A program made the translations under genes and the position numbers. From a bacterium (lineage in GTDB: Bacteria > Desulfobacterota > DSWW01), in the NCBI GenBank assembly GCA_040756235.1, contig JBFLZG010000136.1:1-15519 (forward strand): a stretch of 15,519 nucleotides of DNA. Reading direction: 5' to 3'. Below, one piece after another: positions 7,292-12,554 of this stretch. Below the pieces are notes generated by a model. It did no database searches and had not been told where the DNA came from. It worked only from the letters and a program-made list of their open reading frames with translations. The number at the start of each line of letters is the position of its first letter. Positions within the stretch are counted from its first letter, which is position 1.

Positions 7292-8692
7292 ATGAAGCCA
7301 TTCTGCCGTGCTCTCGTGATCGCTGCCTTGGTGCCGGCCGTGGGAGCGGCGGCCGCGCCGGCCTCCGCCCAGACACAGGGCAACCATCCCAAGGTCAAGG
7401 AGTTTCGGGTCGAACGGGGCCTCTCGCCCGAAGCCACGGCCTGCGTGGAATGCCACAAACAGGAGAGCCCCGGCATTTTCGTCGACTGGGCCGCGAGCCG
7501 GCACGCGAACGCCAACATCTCGTGTCTGGACTGCCACCAGGCCGAGCCGTTCGACGCGGACGTGAGCCAGGAGCACTTCAAGCAGTACCAGCGCTCCGAC
7601 CACCCGTTCGGCAAGAAGGAGTACCGGACGGCGGTGGCGGCCGCGGTCACGCCCAAGGACTGCTCCCGCTGCCATCCGGACGAGGCCGAGGAGTTCGGCC
7701 GCAGCAAGCACGCCCACACCGTGGAGATCATGTGGAAGATCGACCCCTGGCTCAACCAGGGACTGAACAGTGAGGTCGAGCGGGCTTCGGGCTGCAATTA
7801 TTGCCACGGCTCGGTGCTGCAGATGAAAGACGGCAAACTCGATCCGGCCGGCTGGCCCAACGTCGGGGTCGGCCGCGTCAATCTGGACGGCAGCAAGGGA
7901 AGCTGTACGAGCTGTCACACCCGGCACCGCTTCTCGGTCATGGAGGCGCGCCGGCCGGAGGCGTGCGGCCAGTGCCACCTCGGGCCCGACCATCCCCAGA
8001 TCGAGATCTACATGGAATCGAAGCACGGCGACATCTACACCGCATTTGGCGACCGGTACCAGTGGGAGGGCGCGCCCGGGACCTGGACGGCCGGCGTCGA
8101 TTTCCGCGGGCCGACGTGCGCCTCCTGCCACATGTCCGGGGCCGGGGAGGTGCCGACCACCCATGACGTGACCGAGAGACTCTCCTGGGAGCTGCAGGCG
8201 CCGCTGACGGTGAGGCCGGCGGAGTTCCAGGCCTTCCCTGCCAAGACGAGCTGGGAAGTGGAGAGGGGCAAGATGAAGGAGGTCTGCCGCCAGTGCCACG
8301 GCAAGGCGTGGGTGGACGACCACTATGCGAAGCTGGACAGAGTCATCCACGAGTACAACGAAACCTATTTCAAGCCGGCCAAGCAGATGCTCGACGAGCT
8401 GTATGCCAAGGGAGCGCTCGACAAGACCCGCATGTTCGACGAGGCGCTCGAGTTCGAGTACTACGAGCTCTGGCACCACGAGGGCCGCAGGGCGCGCATG
8501 GGCGCGGCGATGATGGCCCCGGACTACACCTGGTGGCACGGCTTCTACGAATGCAAGAAGCGCTACGCCCGCTTCATGGACGAGGCCAGGCACCTCCTGA
8601 AGACCGGAGAAAAGGCGCCCCGGACCGAGGACTTTCCGGGTGCGACGGGAACGACCGCGAAGCCGGCCGGGGGGGCCGCCCGCGAGCCGTAG
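7292..8692 (+). CDS. Periplasmic octaheme cytochrome c of the hydroxylamine oxidoreductase family (epsilon-Hao-like, likely reductive)
   Basis: GAGG SD, Sec signal (ASA-QT), 8 CxxCH (CVECH, CLDCH, CSRCH, CNYCH, CTSCH, CGQCH, CASCH, CRQCH), CHTRHRFS, CHLGPDHPQIEIYMESKHG, PTCASCHM, and C-terminal LWHHEGRRARMGAAMMAPDYTWWHG. Confidence 0.88.
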   Translation: MKPFCRALVIAALVPAVGAAAAPASAQTQGNHPKVKEFRVERGLSPEATACVECHKQESPGIFVDWAASRHANANISCLDCHQAEPFDADVSQEHFKQYQRSDHPFGKKEYRTAVAAAVTPKDCSRCHPDEAEEFGRSKHAHTVEIMWKIDPWLNQGLNSEVERASGCNYCHGSVLQMKDGKLDPAGWPNVGVGRVNLDGSKGSCTSCHTRHRFSVMEARRPEACGQCHLGPDHPQIEIYMESKHGDIYTAFGDRYQWEGAPGTWTAGVDFRGPTCASCHMSGAGEVPTTHDVTERLSWELQAPLTVRPAEFQAFPAKTSWEVERGKMKEVCRQCHGKAWVDDHYAKLDRVIHEYNETYFKPAKQMLDELYAKGALDKTRMFDEALEFEYYELWHHEGRRARMGAAMMAPDYTWWHGFYECKKRYARFMDEARHLLKTGEKAPRTEDFPGATGTTAKPAGGAAREP

Positions 8693-8716
8693 CCCCGGCT
8701 CCGCCCCGGCCGGCTT
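8660..8716. terminator. 13-bp inverted repeat spanning the hao stop codon, between convergent genes
   Basis: AAGCCGGCCGGGG (8660-8672) / CCCCGGCCGGCTT (8704-8716). No strong U-tract. Confidence 0.3.
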
Positions 8717-8725
8717 CCTACCCCT

Positions 8726-8890
8726 TTACTGCAAGAGGACCTTTTTGAACAGCATGTACGCCAGGACGCAGAGCGCGATCGCCGCGAATACATAGGCTCC
8801 GTAGCGGTCCACTTTATCGCCCAGCGATCGCTGCACGGGAGGATCCCCCTTAACCGGACGGACGGGTTCGTCGACAGATTCATCGTGCAT
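8726..8890 (-). CDS. Small single-pass membrane protein, 54 aa (not in the ORF track)
   Basis: MHDESVDEPVRPVKGDPPVQRSLGDKVDRYGAYVFAAIALCVLAYMLFKKVLLQ*. GGGAGA SD just upstream of ATG 8890. Hydrophobic helix followed by KK. Confidence 0.55.
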   Translation of the reverse strand: MHDESVDEPVRPVKGDPPVQRSLGDKVDRYGAYVFAAIALCVLAYMLFKKVLLQ

Positions 8891-9054
8891 TCGGCTTCTC
8901 CCATTGCTGGAAAGTCTTCTCCTCGAATCACGGGGACGGATCCCCGTGAAGAGGGAGCAGGGTCCTGCGAGCGGACCAAGAGGCGTCTCGGCCTCAGGAG
9001 CTGCCCTGCTGACACAGGATGGCTTCGTCTGCTCCGGAACGCCGCGTGGGAAGA

Positions 9055-9396
9055 TCAGAGTGGGGGAATCGGAGGTTTGAAAATCTCGAGCCGGAATCCT
9101 GCTAGAAGAATCCCGTAGAAGGGTATAAGCTTTTGATGTCTTTCCGGGGACGGCTCCGGCAGCTCACCCGGGTTGAACGACATCGGGTTGTGGTGCCGTA
9201 ATCGCTCGGAAAACTCGCTTTCCAGCGGAGAGCTGTCGTCCAGGGGAAGGCCGGAAACGAGCACGGTGTCCCGAAATGAAAGGTCGGCAACGGCTTCGAG
9301 GTCTCCCGACGGTACCTGTCCGGCCCGGTGCAGGCTGAATTCTATGCACGCGAATACCGCCAGGAAGAGGTAAAGAAGAAGTCTGCTGTTGCCCAT
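9055..9396 (-). CDS. Hypothetical 113-aa protein with an N-terminal signal/TM segment and C-terminal EIFKPPIPPL
   Basis: ATG 9396 with GGAG SD, hydrophobic RLLLYLFLAVFACIEFSL, and a promoter-like sequence directly upstream. Confidence 0.5.
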   Translation of the reverse strand: MGNSRLLLYLFLAVFACIEFSLHRAGQVPSGDLEAVADLSFRDTVLVSGLPLDDSSPLESEFSERLRHHNPMSFNPGELPEPSPERHQKLIPFYGILLAGFRLEIFKPPIPPL

Positions 9397-9428
9397 CCGC
9401 ACTCCGCCCGTCCCCCGAGGACAGGGTC

Positions 9429-9456
9429 AGTATACCAGAACCGTGAGGTTCCTCAA
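9429..9456 (-). promoter_or_regulatory. Sigma70-like promoter for the minus-strand small-ORF unit
   Basis: The minus strand reads TTGAGG-16 nt-TATACT, with an extended -10 (TGgTATACT), about 30 nt upstream of ATG 9396. Confidence 0.55.
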
Positions 9457-9467
9457 AGGACACGAAA

Positions 9468-10898
9468 ATGGCAAGCCCGCGCGTGAAAGGCCGTCGACCT
9501 GGCAGCGCTGCGCTGGGAAGCGACTTGAGGCGTCTGGTCGGCGCCGGGAAGGTGAAGACCGAGGCGGAAGACCTGCTGGCTTATTCCAGCGACGCCAGCC
9601 GTTACTACGTGCAGGGGAAACCCGAGGCCGTGGTCCTCTCCGAGTGCGTAGGGGACGTGGTCCAGGTGGTCCGATACGCGAACGCCCACGGGGTCCCGCT
9701 GACGCCGCGCGGAGCCGGCAGCGGGCTCTCCGGCGGCGCAACCCCCATCCACGGCGGCATCGTGCTCGACACCAAGCGCATGCATCGGATCCTGGAGATC
9801 AACCAGGGCAACATGACCGCGCGCGTCGAGTGCGGCCTGGTGCTGGCAGCTTTCCAGAGGGCGGTGGAGAAGCTGAAGCTGTTCTACCCTCCCGACCCCC
9901 AGAGCATGGAAGTGTGCACTTTGGGCGGCAATGTGGCCACCGGCGCCGGCGGTCCTCACGGCGTCAAGTACGGGACCACTCAGGACTACGTGCTCGGCCT
10001 GGAGGCGGTGCTGCCGGACGGGTCGGTGATCCAGACGGGCGGGCTCTGCGTGAAGCGGTCCACGGGCTACAACCTGACCAAGCTGCTGACCGGCTCCGAA
10101 GGGACGCTGGCCGTGATCACCAAGGCCAATCTCCGCCTGCTGCCGCTGCCGCCCGCCCGCAAGACCCTGATCGTCGTCTGCGACAGCGTGGAGCTGGCTT
10201 CCGAGCTCGTCTCACGGCTCATTTACGAGAGAGCGGTGCCGGCCGTGCTGGAGTACATCGCCGGGGCGGCGATGGCGCTCATGAACAGCTACCACCCCAT
10301 GCCGGTCGCTCTCGACGGGCAGGCCTACCTGCTGGTCGAGCTGGACGGGTCCGAATCCGCCATCCGGGAAGAGAATGAAAAGGTCTTCAGGATCAGCGCC
10401 GAGATGAAGGTGCGCGAGGTGAAGACCGTCGAAGACGAGAAGCAGGCTGCCCAGGTGTGGCAGGCGCGGCGCAACATCGCGCCGCTCCTTTACAGGATGT
10501 TCAAGAAGGTGGTCCACGAGGACGTGGCCGTACCGCGCGACAAGATACCGGCCATGGTCAAGGCGGTGAACGAGATCTCCGCCTCCCTGGGCATCATGAC
10601 CGGGATGGGAGGCCACGCGGGCGACGGCAACATCCATCCCGGAGTCCTCTACCTCGAGGTGAACGAGGAGATGGACAGGAAGGCCGAGGAGGCCGTGCGG
10701 CGGATCATCCTGAAGGGGATCGAGCTCGGCGGCACCATCTCGGGCGAGCACGGCCTGGGGCTGCACAAGTCGCAGTTCCTGGAGCTCGAGTGCGGCCGGG
10801 AGCAGATCGAGCTCATGAAACGAGTCAAGCAAGCCTTCGATCCCAAGGGCATCATGAACCCCGGCAAGATCTGGGTGGACGCGGAGGCTCGCGCATGA
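9468..10898 (+). CDS. FAD-linked oxidase, GlcD/D-lactate dehydrogenase-like subunit
   Basis: PRGAGSGLSGGA, FYPPDPQS, TLGGNVATGAGG..VKYGTTQDYVLGLEAVL, GSEGTLAVIT, EDVAVP, GHAGDGNIHP, SGEHGLG, DPKGIMNPGK. AAAGGA SD. Confidence 0.9.
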   Translation: MASPRVKGRRPGSAALGSDLRRLVGAGKVKTEAEDLLAYSSDASRYYVQGKPEAVVLSECVGDVVQVVRYANAHGVPLTPRGAGSGLSGGATPIHGGIVLDTKRMHRILEINQGNMTARVECGLVLAAFQRAVEKLKLFYPPDPQSMEVCTLGGNVATGAGGPHGVKYGTTQDYVLGLEAVLPDGSVIQTGGLCVKRSTGYNLTKLLTGSEGTLAVITKANLRLLPLPPARKTLIVVCDSVELASELVSRLIYERAVPAVLEYIAGAAMALMNSYHPMPVALDGQAYLLVELDGSESAIREENEKVFRISAEMKVREVKTVEDEKQAAQVWQARRNIAPLLYRMFKKVVHEDVAVPRDKIPAMVKAVNEISASLGIMTGMGGHAGDGNIHPGVLYLEVNEEMDRKAEEAVRRIILKGIELGGTISGEHGLGLHKSQFLELECGREQIELMKRVKQAFDPKGIMNPGKIWVDAEARA

Positions 10899-12121
10899 TC
10901 GGCAACCTGGAAGACTACAGGGCACTGGTCAAACAGTGCTCGCACTGCTCGCTGTGCGAGGCGGTCTGCCCGGTGTATCTCGAGGACCTCCTGGAGACAC
11001 ACGTGGCGCGCGCCCGCGTCGACCTCATCGGCAAGACCCTGTACGAGAAGTCGATGCCGGTGACGGCCCGGGTACGGGACATCGTCGGCCGCTGTCTCCT
11101 GTGCACCCGCTGCACGCAGACTTGCGGCGCCGCAGTCCCGGTGCACGAGATCATCCTCACGGCCCGGCACGAGCTCGGGAGGGGAGGGCTCAGGGGGCTC
11201 GGCGGCGTCGCGGAGGCCGTCCGCAGAGTCTTTCTCAAACGGATGATGGAGGACAAGGGCCTCAGGGGACTGCCGGCGCTGTTGATCGAGGCGGCGCAGA
11301 AGCTCGGCCTGGCTCCGGAAGGATTTCCGGCCGTCCGCTTCCGTCCTCCGGAGCTGCGGGCGGGCACCCGCCCGGCCGAGGGCACGAAGCGCGCACGAGT
11401 GGTTTACTTTGCCGGCTGTTCCCACGCCCTCGACCCGGAGACGGCCGCGTCCGTGCTGAAGGTGCTGGCGCGGAACGGGATCGAGGCGGTCGTGCCGGAG
11501 GGGCTCACGTGCTGCGGCCTGCCGGCGCTCGCCCAGGGCGACCTGGAGACGGCGCGCCGGATGGTGAGGAACAATATCGCCATTCTGGCGGCCGAGCAGG
11601 CCGATGCCGTGGTCACGGACTGCACCTCGTGCGGCATGGTGTTCCGAAGCGAGGCGCTCAAGACGCTGCCGCCGGACGATCCGGCGGCAGCCCGGGCGCT
11701 GGAGGTTTCGCGCAAGGTGTTCGAGGTCACGGATTACCTGAACACCCTGGGTCTTGCGGCCGCGCCCGGGGCGCTGGACGAGACGTACACGTACCACGTG
11801 CCGTGCCACAGCGGCTGGGCGGCCGGCGTGGCCGACGCCCCCCTGCAGCTCCTCGCCAAGATACCCCGCGCGCGCTACGCGGCCATGGCAGACCCGGAGA
11901 AGTGCTGCGGTGCCGGCGGCACCTTCTTCATGGAGTACGCAGATCTCTCCGGGAAGATCCGGAGCGGCAAGCTGAGGGACGTTGCCGCGACCGGCGCAGG
12001 GTTCGTGATCTCACAGTGCCCGGCCTGCCGTTCCTACCTGTCCGCCGGGCTGACGGGCGGCCAGGGGGCGGTCAGCGCCGTCCATCCCGTCACCCTTCTC
12101 TGCAGGGCCTACGAAGGCTAG
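10895..12121 (+). CDS. GlcF-like Fe-S subunit (2x[4Fe-4S] plus two CCG domains)
   Basis: ATGA overlap with the upstream stop, GGAGG SD. CSHCSLCEAVCP, CLLCTRCTQTC, YFAGC..TCCGLP..DCTSC, YHVPCH..KCCGAGG..QCPAC. Confidence 0.88.
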   Translation: MIGNLEDYRALVKQCSHCSLCEAVCPVYLEDLLETHVARARVDLIGKTLYEKSMPVTARVRDIVGRCLLCTRCTQTCGAAVPVHEIILTARHELGRGGLRGLGGVAEAVRRVFLKRMMEDKGLRGLPALLIEAAQKLGLAPEGFPAVRFRPPELRAGTRPAEGTKRARVVYFAGCSHALDPETAASVLKVLARNGIEAVVPEGLTCCGLPALAQGDLETARRMVRNNIAILAAEQADAVVTDCTSCGMVFRSEALKTLPPDDPAAARALEVSRKVFEVTDYLNTLGLAAAPGALDETYTYHVPCHSGWAAGVADAPLQLLAKIPRARYAAMADPEKCCGAGGTFFMEYADLSGKIRSGKLRDVAATGAGFVISQCPACRSYLSAGLTGGQGAVSAVHPVTLLCRAYEG

Positions 12122-12141
12122 CACCCCGTCATCCCCGGGCG

Positions 12142-12476
12142 TTGTCGGGGCGCAGGCGGCAGCGGCCCTACAAGGCCTCGCGCTCTTTTCCGTCATTCCG
12201 GCGCAGGAGGCTGTGTCATAAATCCGGTCAGACCCTCGTGCGACCACTCATTCCGGAGGACTCGGAGGCGCGGCCACATGATTTCCGTCATTCCGGCGAA
12301 GGCCGGAATCCAGTCCTTGCGCCCAGTTACCACGGCGGGTCTTGGTGCACCCTTCCGGATCCCGGCTCTCACGCGCTGCGCGGCATGGGCCGGGATAACG
12401 AAATCGGGGAGACTGCTGGACCGCGGGGGCCCTGCCCCTACAAGAGCTTGTAGGGGCGCTGCCGGCTGCGCCCGGC
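12142..12476. repeat. Cluster of GTAG-type REP repeats in inverted arrangement
   Basis: GGGCGCAGGCGGCAGCGGCCCTACAAG (to 12174) is nearly the reverse complement of CTTGTAGGGGCGCTGCCGGCTGCGCCC (from 12447). A perfect 11-bp stem GCCCCTACAAG-ag-CTTGTAGGGGC lies at 12434-12457. Confidence 0.7.
12286..12400 (+). repeat. ~115-bp double-hairpin REP-like element, copy 1 (CGTCATTCCGGCGAAGGCCGGAATCCAG type)
   Basis: Hairpins ATTCCGGC-GAAG-GCCGGAAT and ATCCCGGCTC..GGGCCGGGAT. Homologous to 15012-15128. A partial third copy is at 12191-12206. Confidence 0.8.
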
Positions 12477-12552
12477 TGTAGTCGGTCTCGATCCGGAGCG
12501 TGGGGATCCCCGCCGTCTCCAGGGCTCGCTCCACCTTGAACGCCTCGATGGC
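12475..12552 (-). pseudogene. Fragment of a 2-hydroxyacyl-CoA dehydratase D-component / double-cubane cluster protein gene
   Basis: Translates AIEAFKVERALETAGIPTLRIETDYS, the IP-x-L-x-IETDYS near-C-terminal signature of the HGD-D family. It has no start and is cut at the REP cluster. Confidence 0.6.
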
Positions 12553-12554
12553 CT

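Noticed and set aside
4931..8593. 1220-aa minus-strand ORF
   Set aside because: Antisense shadow of four well-supported plus-strand genes. Long stop-free antisense frames are expected with high-GC codon bias, and it has no recognisable motifs.
8563..9015. 150-aa minus-strand ORF
   Set aside because: Overlaps the hao 3' end and is not protein-like. A different frame (8726-8890) gives a more credible small membrane protein.
10457..10894. N-terminal part of ORF 10457..12121
   Set aside because: Off-frame overlap with the GlcD-like gene. The real start is ATG 10895 (ATGA coupling).
12122..12476. CRISPR array
   Set aside because: The repeats are inverted, heterogeneous and irregularly spaced, with no repeat-spacer periodicity and no cas genes.
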